This document shows positions 1-13,895 of a stretch of 64,000 nt of DNA, piece by piece. The stretch lies in the NCBI GenBank assembly GCA_951406725.2, contig OX597836.1:34472001-34536000 (forward strand), given 5' to 3'. The position numbers and the translations under genes were made by a program. This DNA is from Octopus vulgaris. Taxonomy: Eukaryota. Every line of letters starts with the position of its first letter. The first letter of the stretch is position 1. Below the pieces are notes generated by a model. That model ran no database searches. It was not told the DNA's origin and saw only the letters and a list, made by a program, of their open reading frames with translations.

Positions 1-413
1 GCATCCTCATGCAGCAACAAGTATCACCATCCCTTACCCAGCATCGTCAGCCATCGTCACCATCGTCTCCGCCGCCACCACCAAGCATGTTCTGCCTTAT
101 TTTTTCCCATATATCATTAACCGTCATCGACTGTCATGCGCACTCGCACTTTGCTATCATCGACGTCGGCATCGTCCTTACGCCATTTTCTTTTCGTTTT
201 TTTTTTCTTTGATTTTGTTTGCATCGTTTCGTTTCGTTTCGTTTCGTTTCGAGCTGTTCACGACAGCGACGATGATGCATACGGCAACGTGCTCGATGAT
301 GATTATGATAATGAGGAGGCGGAGGAGGAGGAGTAGGAGGAGAAAGAGAAAGAAGAATTGGAGGAAGCTGTGGAAGAAGGCAAGCTGGAGGAAGAAGAAG
401 AGTAGGAGAAGGT

Positions 414-415
<2 letters not shown>

Positions 416-445
<30 letters not shown>

Positions 446-503
446 AAGAAGAAGAAGAAGAAGAAGAAGAAGAAGAAGAAGAAGAAGAAGAAGAAGAAGA
501 AGA
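416..503 (+). repeat. (GAA)n microsatellite
   Basis: Pure AAG run; source of the poly-K and poly-S ORFs. Confidence 0.97.
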
Positions 504-504
504 A

Positions 505-725
505 TTACCCTGATGTATATATATTCCTAAACGCATTTTTTTCTCTCCTTGTTTCTCTCCTTGTTTCTCTCCTTGTTTCTTTTCTGTGTATCTTTCTGTC
601 GAAGAGCGTAGGCTCGAAACGTAAAAGACTTGTTCTATTTCTATTCCTGAGCGCCATACTAATACATTTGTTTGTTTGTACTCCACCTGCCTTCGTCTTT
701 TGTTTATTTTCGTAAACATTCCCGT

Positions 726-727
<2 letters not shown>
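505..727 (+). mobile_element. Short non-coding interspersed element with hammerhead motif (Penelope/retrozyme-like)
   Basis: Homologous to minus-strand copies at ~46374-46490 and ~59703-59790 (gaagacaggtggtgtac...tgtattagtataacgctcaggaatagaa); ends in (TA)n. Confidence 0.65.
591..628 (+). ncRNA. Minimal type I hammerhead ribozyme-like motif with variant core CUGUCGA
   Basis: tcttt-CTGTCGA-a-gagc(gtag)gctc-GAAAC-GTA-aaaga; 5-bp stem I, 4-bp stem II, ACGT palindrome; one core substitution. Confidence 0.55.
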
Positions 728-824
<97 letters not shown>

Positions 825-837
825 TATATATATAAAT

Positions 838-1135
838 ACAAAATGGGACAAGAACGCAAAACATTCAAATAGACGGTACAAAAACGGACGGGTCATTCGA
901 AGCCTCTAATCTTCAGTCAAGAACCGGATATAGATATAGTTCAGCCAAACAAGAAGCAAGAGAAAACAACAACGCGAGGACGTGGAACAAGTATTGTGTT
1001 ATTGGACGCTCAGGAAAGGAAAGAAAAGAGGATTTCACGTTTCGAGCGGAGCTCTTCATCAGAAATATAGAAAAAATCCCAAAAAGGGAAGACAGAGAAA
1101 AAATCGCCAACGATACACACGCGGTCACATATTGA
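838..1135 (-). mobile_element. Short hammerhead-bearing element, same family as 49568-49780
   Basis: Shares tgtgaccgcgtgtgta...gagctccgctcgaaacgt...ttccacgtcctcgcgttgttg with 49568-49780; its 3' part is also shared with ~10640-10745. Confidence 0.7.
1031..1067 (-). ncRNA. Minimal type I hammerhead motif, probably inactive (GUG triplet)
   Basis: Minus strand attt-CTGATGA-a-gagc(tcc)gctc-GAAAC-GTG-aaat. Confidence 0.5.
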
Positions 1136-1265
1136 AATGACCGGAAGTGAGCGCTGAAACGTTTCTGGCTTTGGGTAAAATTAAATACAGGAGGATCAGT
1201 TAATTATGATTTTATGCAACACATTCCCGTATCAGGATCATACACTTATAGCTTTTCTAAGCTCA

Positions 1266-1497
1266 GGCGACGAGCTGGCAGAAACGTTAGCACGCCGGGC
1301 GAAATGCTTAGCCGTATTTCGTCTGTCGTTACGTTGTGAGTTCAAATTCCGCTGAGGTCGACTTTGCCTTTCATCCTTTCGGGGTCGATTAAATAAGTAC
1401 CAGTTACGCACTGGGGTCGATGTAAACGACTTAATCCGTTTGTCTGTCCTCGTTTGTCCCCTCTTTGTTTAGCCCCTTGTGAGTAGTAAAGAAATAT
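1266..1497 (+). mobile_element. tRNA-derived SINE family B (Meta-domain-like centre)
   Basis: A-box-like tggcagaaacgttag, B-box gagttcaaattcc, central gtcgactttgcctttcatcctttcggggtcga; near-identical copies at 2133, 24358, 53785. Confidence 0.85.
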
Positions 1498-2132
1498 ATA
1501 TAAAAGAAGTCGGAAAGTTGGGCCTCCGAGACCTTTCGTGATACCCTTAAAGCCAGGAACTTTTCAACACCCCCGCGAGTTTTGTTTTACATTTATCCTC
1601 ATCAGTGGGAAATTGTCTAATTTTAAAATTTTGTTTAGTAAAATTATTTGCATTTACTCGAAAAGAGGAAAGAGAAAAAAGAAAAACCATGTATAATTCA
1701 CCACCTAGGAATGTAACACAGATGGAGTAAAAACGTGTATGCATGTAAAAAAAAAAAAAAAAAAAAGACAGAGAAAAGGAGAAAGACGGAGCGATGTTTA
1801 TGTCAAGCGAATGTTTTACTAGGAAGACAGCGGTGGCAAACATGGTGACAGATGACGTCGAGAGAGAAAAAAAATATCTGTGTTGTTTGTTTTGATTTTG
1901 ATAACAACAACGAGGCGAGGACGAAAATTTGGCTTGTTTCTAAAACTTGCAGTATTTGGGTTAAACATCCACTCGATCGCAAGGAAGGAAATGTTAAATT
2001 ATGAATGCGATATTACATAGTAGCTTGTGTATATGAAATTTCCAATCGCTGAGATACATTGCTCTCTGAAAAAGACAAATGTGTGAACAGAAAAGAAAGA
2101 AAATGTAACATCGCAGTATAGAAAAGTATATA

Positions 2133-2363
2133 TATTTCTTTACTACCCACAAGGGGCTAAACACAGAGGGGACAAACAAGAACATACATAAGTATTAAGT
2201 CGATTACATCGACCCCAGTGCGAAACTGGTACCTTATTTATCGACCCCGGAAGAATGAAAGGCAAAGTCGACCTCGGCGGAATTTGAACTCAGAACGTAA
2301 CGCCGGACGAAATACGGCTACGCATTTCGCCCGGCGTGCTAACGTTTCTGCCAGCTCGCCGCC
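2133..2363 (-). mobile_element. SINE family B
   Basis: Reverse-complement copy of 1266-1497. Confidence 0.85.
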
Positions 2364-2391
2364 TTCATTTTTTTTTTTTTAAGGATTAACC

Positions 2392-2650
2392 AGAGGATTG
2401 CAGTTTCGATTCCCAGACCGGGTGTTACGTGTGTTTATTGAGCGAAAACACCTAAAAGCTCCACGAGGTTCCGGCAGGAGGTGGTAGCAACCCCTGTTGT
2501 AATCTTTCGCCCCAAATTTCTCTCACGCTTTCTTCCTGTTTCTTGAGTAACGCTGCGATGGACTGGCGTCCCGTCCAGCTGGACGGAACACATAAGCCAT
2601 AGAAACCGAGAAACCGGGCCCATGAGCCTGGCTAAGCTTGAAAAGGGCGA
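2392..2650 (+). mobile_element. SINE family C, 5'-truncated, tail type 1
   Basis: gtttcgattcccagaccggg...gagcgaaaacacctaaaagctccacg core followed by gcgatggactggcgtcccgtccag tail. Confidence 0.8.
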
Positions 2651-3058
2651 AAATATAAAAAAAGCACTTATTTACTTGTATGCAAAGGTTGTTACTTTTT
2701 TTTATAATTACTGATTTATTTTTTTCATTTTTTGATCTCCTACCATCTTGGCCAAATCAGCCAAGCTGCCAAAGAGCTTAAACCGATTTTTTAATGCAAT
2801 TTCTGAAAGAAAGAGGTTTTTTGTAATCTTTACCCATTGTAATCAATATGCGATGTGAATTGGATCACTGAATATATATATATTTATTTATGTGTATATG
2901 TGTATGTTATACATGTACATATATATGTCTGTGGTTTACATATTCTGCAGTATATCACTATTTATTATGAAATACATGAATAACGAAAGGCAAAGCACTA
3001 TGTTTCAGGTAGCATGTTAGCGCAGATATGCGTGTATGTGTGCGCGTGTATGCATGTG

Positions 3059-3109
<51 letters not shown>

Positions 3110-3491
3110 GTATATATATATGATATATATATATATACACACATACACACACACCCGTTGTTTGGAAGAAGCTGCAATGAGAGAAGGGTGTAGGACGACG
3201 GGAAAGAAAAAGGCCTTGGTGCAATGATGGATATTGATAAACAGGAAAAGTGACATGAATGGATTTTACGGGGCGGTGAGAGGGTGGAGTGGTGTAGCGG
3301 AAAAAGCCGAAGTGAAATCTTCGTTCGCACACGTAATCATATAATAGAGTAAAAACACAAACACATACACATATATGAATACAAATATAGATGAAATACA
3401 TGCAGGGAAGCATATATTTATAGGCTCACTCCTACACACTAACACTCATGTATTTAGTTACCTGCCTACAAACACATAGGAATGTATGTAG

Positions 3492-3528
<37 letters not shown>

Positions 3529-4104
3529 CATGTATGTATGTATATATACTTACATAAATTTATATATATATATATATATACATTCATACATGCATACATA
3601 TATATATTCTCACATATATACATATATAAAAATACATGAATGTATACGTATGCATATATTTATATATATATATATATATATATATGCATGTATATATGTA
3701 TATATATATATAGTGATAGACAGACAGGCAGATAAACAGATAGATAGATAGATAGAGAGATAGATAATATCTGTGTATGTATGCATATATCTATCTATCA
3801 TTTGAACGTTTAAGCATATATTTATGTAAATAAAGATGTATAAAGACTAAAAAGCAACGAAACATATATATATATATATATATATACAAACACACATATA
3901 TGTAAATATATGTATATATATACATGTATATATACATATATATATGCACATATATACATATATACCTATACATATATACATATATATATATATGTATACA
4001 TACTCACACATATATAAATATATGTATATAACTCAACTTTGTTATATATATACATATATATACATATACATATATATGCATGCACACAGACACACACATG
4101 CACA

Positions 4105-4136
<32 letters not shown>

Positions 4137-4589
4137 ATTCAGAACTAAAATAGTAAGACTTAAAATTATATACACATGTTTATATGAATGTATGTATACG
4201 GATGCGAGGGAGAGAGAGACAGAGAGAGAGAGCGTATGTGTGTGTGTGTGTGTGTGTGTGCGCGTGTGCCTATGTGTGCGCGTGCGTGCGTTCGTGTGTT
4301 TATATACAAATGCATAATATCGATAGCGGACGCAAAAGATAAAAGGTACTGGAACATGAAAAGCCAGATATAGAGAGATAAAGAGAGAGAAAAAAGAATG
4401 AGAGAAAAGGCAGAAAACGGGGGCTCGAATGAAAGGGGGCAAGAATTCGAGAAAGAGAGAGAGAGTAGATGAGTGGGTGAGTCTAGAAAACCCAAATAAA
4501 CATTTGCAGAAAAAAGGAGGAAAATGGCCCCCGTATAGAAATAAACTTGTCGAAATATCAAATCAAAAATCAAAAAGAAAAAAAATTCT

Positions 4590-4970
4590 TCCACCAACAC
4601 CACCATCACCACCAACACCACCAACACCACCAACAACAACAACACCAACACCACCAAAACTACTAACCACCACCACTACCACCACCAACACCACCAACAC
4701 CACCACCACCACCACCAACACCACCAACACCAACACCACCACCACCACCACCACCAACACCACCATCACCAACACCACCACCACCATCACCACCACTACC
4801 ACCACCAACACCACCACCAACACCAACACCACCACCACCAACAACAACAACAACAACACCAACACCACCACCACCAACACCACCACCAACACCACCACCA
4901 CCACTACCACCACCAACACCACCAACACTACCACCACCAACACCACCCCCCACCCCCACCACCACCATCA
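4590..4970 (+). repeat. (ACC/AAC)n compound trinucleotide repeat
   Basis: Visible repeat; source of the poly-T/N and poly-V/G ORFs. Confidence 0.95.
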
Positions 4971-5399
4971 TCTATGTCTTAGTAAACTGAATTTGTTTGG
5001 TTACTCCTTGTTCCTCGTAGTAACTGACGGTACTGGAGGGTGTTCCCCGCTTTTATGTTATTGTTGTTGTTGCTGTTGTTGTTGTTGTTGTTGTGTTGGT
5101 GGTGGTGGTGTTGGTGTTGTTTGCTTGTTCTACCATCGGAGTTTGACTAGGAATCAAGTTAGGTTAACTAAAAATAATTCATTACATTTTCTGAAGATAT
5201 AAACATACAACAGGAAGACATAACATAATTCTGTTTTGACAAAAAAAAAAAAAACGAAAAATAAAAAAATTAAAAAATTACGAAGGAAAATAAAACAAAC
5301 AATAGATCTAAAACAAAAGGGAGAAAAAGTTAGAAGAAAAAGGGTAAAAACACCACCAAACGAAAGGAAAAGTAGTAGTAGTAGTAGTAATGATGTTAA

Positions 5400-6135
<736 letters not shown>

Positions 6136-6565
6136 TGATACAATAATAAAAAAACATGCTGCAAATATATAAATATAGTTATGCTGTTGTTTGTGTTGTT
6201 ATGGATGGTGTAGCGCTTTTTATTAGTTCCGGATCAGAATATAACGAGATATTACTTATAACTAGAATGTCCAAAGAAGTTTGCTGCTTGTAAGATTAAT
6301 TGTCAAGAGATCGCTGGCTGGCCATGGAAAAACAATCATTTTTATTTAATTAAAATTACACAATTACTAATCAGAAAAAAAATCATTATACTTGATCAAT
6401 TCTAGCCATATATTCCAGAGAAGACAATACTGAAATCTAATTGAAATTTTATATATAATTGTGAGCGAATCTGATCTTTAACAAATAAGGTAACTCTGGA
6501 CATGTTCCGGTATTATCAGGTCACATCAGTGAAATGTAGTATAATCGCTTCTGGTAGGTCTTAGT

Positions 6566-6690
6566 GGCTGCGTGGTGGAGCTTGCTTCCCAGATTCAGTC
6601 CCACTACATAGCATCTTAGGTAAGTGTCTTCTACTATAGCTCCGGGTCGACTAAAACCTTGTGAGGGGATTTGGTAGTCAGAAACCGACG
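6566..6690 (+). mobile_element. SINE family A head fragment, diverged
   Basis: tggctgcgtggt...ttcagtcccact...aagtgtcttctactatagc. Confidence 0.7.
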
Positions 6691-6818
6691 TATATATATA
6701 TATATTAATCAATCAATCTTTACTATTCAAAATTCGATAAAGAAATAACAGAGAAAAAAAGGGCATTGCCAGTCATTGACAGACAAAGTTTAATAAGGCT
6801 TTTTACTCATTTCCATCT

Positions 6819-7093
6819 AGTGGAGGCGCATGACCTGGTGGTTAGAGCAGTGGACTCGCGGTCGAGGGATCGCGGGTTCGAATCTCAGACCGAGCGATAT
6901 GTGTGTTTATGAGCGAAACACCTAAGCTCCACGCGGCTCCGGCAGAAGGTAATGGTGAACTTCTGCTCACTCTTTCACCACAACTTTTGCAGCTCACCTG
7001 CGATGGCCCGGCGTCCCGTCCAGGTGGGGAACCTATACGCCAAGAAACCGGGAAACCGGCCCTTATGAGCCAGGCATGGCTCGAGAAGGAACA
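6819..7093 (+). mobile_element. SINE family C, full length, with 14-bp target-site duplication
   Basis: tRNA-like head (tggttagagcag...ggttcgaatct); TSD actcatttccatct at 6805-6818 and 7094-7107. Confidence 0.9.
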
Positions 7094-7124
7094 ACTCATT
7101 TCCATCTGCAGCCGTTAGAAGTAT

Positions 7125-8400
7125 TTCATTGAGCGACATTCGGCAGTCTGCACGAATCGTCGGGCGGTAAGTCGTTCTTGGTCGTTTTCTCTTGCACTTT
7201 CCACCTTATAGAAGGTTAAACAGCCGGCTCTGTTGATAGCATTCATTGAGTGAGTGATACAGTTGGTAGCCAATCCATTTCAGTCGGCGTTCCTTTATCC
7301 TTGTACTCATTTACTTTTCATCAACCATTTGGTACAATGTATCATTGGAGACGTGGTCGTTATAGGATATCTGATATATTTTTCTCAGTTTCTTTAGTGT
7401 GGAAAGTGTTCATCATAGCCCTTTGCCGATTTGTATTCGATAGCCATGTCTCGCATCAATATGTTCTTCACTCCTGCTCCAGAGCATCGGCTGCGGGGTC
7501 ACTCCGAAAAGCTCTATCTGCGACGATTTCATCTCAATCGAAGGAGAGGGGCTTTCTCCGTCTGGGTTGCAGATCCGTGGAATAAGCTGCTGGACGAGAT
7601 AGTGAAAATGCCGACGACCGCTCGGTTCAAAGATTCTCTTGACCAGAAATGGCCTGAACTCTTTGCATGAACACCCACCCTGTACATAGCTCCATGTCCC
7701 CCTACATGGCCTTGCTTTTGCTTTTTGAGCCAAAAAATTAACTTAACTAACTTAACTTAACTTATATGCAAAAATCGGAAGCCATAGAAGTTTTGTTCAT
7801 TTATATTTTCGTTGTCGCGTTGATGTTAGACGACCAGAGTTGTTGAAGCTGCAACATTGCTCCACATGCCGCTCTCCTTCAGCCTATGATGTCACTGCCT
7901 GAGTTGTGAGCGAGATTAGTTACAGTGGATCCAAGGTATGTGAATTTATCAACCCTGGATAACTGTTTTCCATTTGCCTGGACGCCATTATATTAATGGT
8001 GATGTACTCTGTCTTGGATTCGTTTATTTCTAACCCCACAGACTTTGCGTCTCACGAGACACAATCCAAGTAGTCCTGCGCTTCTAAGAGACTAGGAGCA
8101 AAGAAAACAATATCATCTGCAAATACGAGATAGGCCAAATTATGTGACTCTGATATAAGATTGTTAGGTAGAGATGATGATGGTATGGGTTGCAGCATTC
8201 ATTGCATGATCCATAACCACCAAAAACAGATAAGGTGCTAAGGTATCCCTTTTTAGAATTCCGAAATAAATATACACTTTATTTTACTGACTCTGAGGAA
8301 GCTATATGATCTTGCACAAGCCCTCAACTCTGAGTGCACTGTTTTTGATAGCAGAAACAACTGTAAGGTAATGCAGTTTGATTGCTTAATTCCCGTTCCA
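7125..8400 (-). pseudogene. Degenerate RTE-type LINE reverse transcriptase fragment interrupted by a CR1 insertion
   Basis: Minus-strand motifs GILKRDTLAPYLF (~8225-8262), LVFADDIVF (~8102-8128), RVDKFTYLGS (~7926-7955); many stops and frameshifts. Confidence 0.7.
7410..7765 (+). mobile_element. CR1-clade LINE 3' end
   Basis: ORF 7431-7670 ...RLRGHSEKL...RRGAFSVWVADPWNKL...FKDSLD is a typical CR1 ORF2 C-terminus; (CTTAA)n tail. Confidence 0.85.
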
Positions 8401-8479
8401 TTGTTATTCAGTAATTAATATGACGTTCTGTACTCGCCTAACGCATTATTCCAAATCATATATATATATATATATATAT

Positions 8480-8872
8480 TAAAATTATAAATTAGGGTAT
8501 CTACGATATACCACCATGCTGAAAATGGATGTATTCGGATGTTGTATTTGTATATATATATATATGTATTTATGTTTCTTTTCTGTGTGTATTCTACTGA
8601 CGAGGCAAAGCATTCCTAAATGCAAAGTCAGAAATCCGGGATCTAGAATTATCCAGTAATTTTTTACTAGTTTCATCTTGTCTCTTTGTTTTCCCTCCGT
8701 GTTGATATATGGACAATTAAGGTGGTTTTAGAGTCAGATCATGGCTGCTATTTTCAGCATGGTGGTATCTTTATACATAATTTTAATAATTATCACCTTT
8801 GAAGGTTATTTTTTCCATGCTGGCCACCTGATAAAATCGTTATTTTATTTTAAATTAACGATCTCATCCTTG
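8480..8872 (+). mobile_element. AT-rich (TA)n-flanked interspersed repeat related to 58680-58830 and 59945-60058
   Basis: Shared ggatc...gaattatcca...gtggttttagagtcag...ctgctatt segments; degenerate CTGACGA at ~8597. Confidence 0.55.
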
Positions 8873-8913
8873 TACGTACATATATGTTTATATATATGCA
8901 TATTTTTTATTTC

Positions 8914-8970
<57 letters not shown>

Positions 8971-9787
8971 GTTCTGGTTATTAATATTGCTTTGTCTAAG
9001 CGAAATCATATTCTACAATTATAAAAGTCGGAAGGCCGCAAGTGGATATTGTAACCACAAGCCCGTCCAGCGCTTTTCTTCACGGATCTACTAGATCGAG
9101 TTGACAACAGCAACAAGTTAAGAATACCAAAACCAAATCGTCATGCTCACCTCTAAGAATAATAACAAATTCATTACTGTTAATAATTTGTCTTTCATAT
9201 TGTCTCTCTCCTCTCTCTCTCTCTTTCACTTTCTACCTGTCTATCTATTTCTCTCCCATTCTCTCTCCCTCACTCCTTTCTCTCTCTCTCATTTAGTCAG
9301 TCTGTCTCCCTCTCTTCACCCTCTCTCTCATTCTCATTTTGTCAGTCTGTCTCTCTCTCTTCCCCCTCTCTCTCTCTCTCTTTCACTTTCCACCTGTCTA
9401 TTTCTCTTTCATTCTCTCTCTCTTTCACTCCTTCTCTCTCTCTCTCTCTCATTTTGTCAGTCTGTCTCTCTCTCTCTCTCTCTCTTCCCCCCCTCTCTCT
9501 CTCTGTTTCTCTGCATGTCCTTTATACTTGATATTCACCTTCTGCCACCTCTCTTTCTCCCCCGCTCTCTCTCTTCACCCCTAACACCACCACCACCGCC
9601 ACTACTCAAAACAACATTCCCACACATGCATAATCCTCCTCCTATCCCCTACCAATTCCAGTGCTGTCCCTTTCAACTCGTTCCCTCAAAAAAAAAACTC
9701 TCCCACAAGTATACCTCATCAGAACTCCCTGCCTAAATAATTATGTATATGCATTTGTGTGTGTGTGAATGTGTGAATATGTGCTTC

Positions 9788-9838
<51 letters not shown>

Positions 9839-9992
9839 AGTGTGTACATGTATATGAAGGCAGACCTTAACCACTGCTATCAGATGGCAGGCTGGTTTTT
9901 AAAGCTAGTGATTGAAATACAGGATTCTAAACTGACACGCCCAGAAACAGGCAGACAGCCCCCACCACACACACACATACACACACACTCAC

Positions 9993-10035
<43 letters not shown>

Positions 10036-10099
10036 AGGAGACTGGCGTGGATGATGGGAATACTGCAAATTTGGGACATTTGGCTACATATGGATACAC

Positions 10100-10194
<95 letters not shown>

Positions 10195-10747
10195 TATATA
10201 CATACATATACATATATATATATATACATACATACATATATATATATACATACATATACATATATATATATATGTATATATATACATATGCACGTACATA
10301 TATATACACGTATACATATATCTGTGTGTGCAAATGGGCGTGTATTTATGTGTGTGTGTGTGTGTAAAATATTTCAATGCAAACATAGCAACACCGCTTT
10401 ACAACCGGTGCTCTTATGTTTATGTCCCCTTTAGCTAGCAGTGCAGCAAAAGAGTTTGATACAATTAATACCAGGATTAAAACATAAGTACCGAGGTCGA
10501 TTCTGTTGACTAAAGTACTACAAGCCAGCGCTCCAGGAAGACCGCAGCCTAATGAGTATATATATACATATATACATTCCTTGGGGCTGGCCGCGTTGGA
10601 GCAAATATCAGAATTAATCAGCCGAAATTTGCTATGATGATCTGGTTTCTGACTGAAGATTAAAGGCTTCGAATGACCCGTCTGTTTTCTGTGTTCTTCC
10701 CTTTGTGTATTTCACGTTCTATTTTCTTTATATATAAATTTTATATT

Positions 10748-10947
<200 letters not shown>

Positions 10948-11057
10948 CAGATACAAATATTTAGGATGTAATTTCCTCGGTAGGGACTTTTTAAAATCTG
11001 GATATCAACTAGTGTTATCAAATATATTGAAAAAAAGTTCTGCAATAAACTGTCTAA

Positions 11058-11455
11058 TCTTTATATATAAAAGTCAGGTTGTGTGCTGTCTGTCTCCTAC
11101 GATTTAGATTCCTAACTACTCCCACATTTTGCGGTGCAGTTTAACCAAAACCGGGTATCTTATAGTCGTCATTCATATCGAGCCCTTCTGGGTATTAGCG
11201 CGCGTCTACGATTAGTCTACGATTTAAAATAAAATTTACCATCAGTTTTTCCCATTTTTTAATGCATTTTTGGCATATATAAGGGAAGTAACTCTCTAAA
11301 AATGTATTATTAAATCTCAGAACGTAAAAAGCTTCAGTAACACCCCCCGCTTTTTGGTTAGCCATATTGAGATGGCTATTATACTTTACATCTCTAAAAA
11401 TGCTTATATAGTTATTTCCCTTACAAACCCGAGCAACGCCGGGCGATACTGCTAG
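11058..11455 (+). mobile_element. Non-autonomous Helitron
   Basis: 5' TC, 3' CTAG, inserted between A and T, subterminal hairpin cccgagcaacgccggg; near-identical copy at 39232-39627. Confidence 0.85.
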
Positions 11456-11747
11456 TAATGTATAAAGTTAATAACAGGAAATGGAGAAGAAATATAGTGA
11501 ATACTTTGTTAATTTTGTTTGTATCTCGATGAAAAGAATTAATACATGTAAGATTCAGGATGTAAAGGAAGCGAATCAACAAAAGAAATAAACATAAAAG
11601 AATCCTACATACGTTTCAATCCGACCATTAGGTTCCGATCATCAGCATTCGAGCGATGTTAGATGTGAAATAACCCCACATTAAGTCCGGATCTCATCGG
11701 ACAATGATGTTTACTTTTTTATTATTATTTCGTTAATCACCACCGGA

Positions 11748-11799
<52 letters not shown>

Positions 11800-11819
11800 T
11801 ACATATATATATGTATACA

Positions 11820-11981
11820 CGACGGGCTTCTTTCATTTTCCATCTACCAAATTCATTTACATGGCTTAGGTCGGCTTGATGCTATAGTAGAAGACACTTG
11901 TCTAAGATGCCACGCAACGGGACTGAAACCAGGGCCATGTGGTTGGGAAGCAAGGTTCTTACCACATAGCTACGCCTGCGC
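11820..11981 (-). mobile_element. SINE family A 5' half
   Basis: Matches the family A head on the minus strand. Confidence 0.75.
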
Positions 11982-11984
11982 TTT

Positions 11985-12031
<47 letters not shown>

Positions 12032-12058
12032 GCATGTGTATATATAAATATATATATG

Positions 12059-12103
<45 letters not shown>

Positions 12104-12231
12104 GGATGAGCTTATTGGAGTAAGCTCAACGTTACTATATATGTGTGTTTATATGTGTATGTATATATATCTATATAACTATATATACACACTTACATAT
12201 ATATATATATATACCCACTCATATTTAAGCA

Positions 12232-12293
<62 letters not shown>

Positions 12294-13110
12294 TTGTACA
12301 TATATGTGCACATCTACTTAAATGCGTATGTGTTTGTATTTCCACAAACACCCCCACATGTCAGCGTTGAAGTGTTTCTGTTAATCACATTACATTGTGG
12401 AATCCTCTTATCTTACCACCCACCCCCATTATATTACTGTTATCGCTCACGCTGGATAAGTCTACATTATGTACACTGCGATATTATATTATTATATATC
12501 GTCCTCTTCGATATCTCTGCATTACACTGGCCACGATAAATAATATATTATTACGTCTTGTCGCCTGATACCGTTTATCATTTAGTATTACTGATAATAG
12601 CAGAATGGTAGATTTTATAGAGCGTCGAACAAAAATGTATTGTGGTCGTTTGGTCCTTTATCCAGAACAAGACCTGGGGTCAATTTAAATGATTAACGCT
12701 TTCCCATCAATCCTCAGTAATGAATGATTTTGTATGGTGTTCAGTCAATGCATAAGTTTTTTTCTCCAAAAGGAAACGATCCTAGTAAATCATTCTTTCG
12801 TAAATAAAGAAAAAAATCTTAAATTTCTTTTCTATACTGAAGGCGGAGTCTCGATTTATCTATTGTTTGTTTGCTTCCATTACTGACTGCCTATTTTGGT
12901 GAACTACATCTACCAACATTATAATGGATCTCGAGCACTGAGAAACAGCTGTCGGACATGTAGCACCTCACCTGCTCACCTTAAATTTTCTTTGTTTTGC
13001 TCTGTGTAAGTTTGATCTACTAATATATATCTTCCATATTTTGCGCTTAAATATTCCTTGTCTGAAAACCCTCAGATTTTGCCTCCTTTCTGCTTGCATG
13101 TATACATATA

Positions 13111-13275
13111 GGCGCAGGAGTGGCTCTGTGGTAAGTAGCTTGCTTACCAACCACATGGTTCCGGGTTCAGTCCCACTGCATGGCACCTTGGGCAAGTGTC
13201 TTCTAGTATAGCCTCGGGCCAACCAAAGCCTTGTGGGTGGATTAGGTAGATGGAAACTGAAAGAAGCCCGTCGTA
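13111..13275 (+). mobile_element. SINE family A 5' half (CORE-like)
   Basis: ggcgcaggagtggctctgtggtaagtagc...gggttcagtccc...ccttgggcaagtgtctt. Confidence 0.85.
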
Positions 13276-13281
13276 TATATG

Positions 13282-13316
<35 letters not shown>

Positions 13317-13499
13317 ACAGTAAGAGAGAGAAGAGAAGAGGGAGAAGGGAGAAACAAATTTATTTGGGTTGTCCCTCATTGTAAAATGGAAAGTATCAAT
13401 GGATTCGTAGTTTGTGAGGATCGCTTACGTTGGTATTGTTTGGTTTTCTTCACAGGTAACTTAATTAGGCTTGGACAATGATTTGATCTTCATATCTAG

Positions 13500-13895
13500 T
13501 TTTAGAAGTTTAAAGGGCTAGTGGCAACGGAAGACGCGGAAATTAGAAAAAGAATATTATCATAGTTGAATCAAGATGTGAAACTCACTTTGCAGAATGT
13601 GGCTGAGGAATGCCAACAAATCATAAACCTTCGAGATGATACAAGAAAGATAAAAGACAAGAATAATAATCTACAAATGTGTAAATAAATTACAGAAAGA
13701 AGGAAAAAATTTCATTCAAAGCGGTGCTATGGTTGCGGAGATCGACATTTGAGGAAAGACTGCCCCTTTAGAGATAAAACCTGTTTTATTTTTATTTTTG
13801 ATAAATGTTTGACGAGTAGGAAACAGAAAATAGAAAAAATTCGGGAAGAAAAACCGAATTTTTTTAATACAGGTGACAAAGTGTATTTTAAAAGG
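13500..13895 (+). pseudogene. Degenerate Gypsy LTR-retrotransposon remnant (gag zinc knuckle)
   Basis: Translates to GLVATEDAEIRKRIL...LTLQNVAEECQQIINLRDDT...CYGCGDRHLRKDCPFRDKTCF, with a CCHC-type knuckle and stops. Confidence 0.65.

Noticed and set aside
6819-6895. tRNA genes at SINE heads (also 18450-18525, 20003, 39100-39174)
   Set aside because: A and B boxes are present, but each continues into a SINE body, some with TSDs, and I could not build a full cloverleaf.
11606-11650. Minus-strand CTGATGA...GAAACGTA hammerhead
   Set aside because: The core order is right, but stem I relies on G.U pairs and the stem II base is mismatched; at best a decayed copy, so it was not listed.
12930-12960. 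GAAACAGCTGTC palindromic stem III (also at 20668-20679)
   Set aside because: No intact upstream CUGANGA or stem I; possibly decayed ribozymes, but unsupported.
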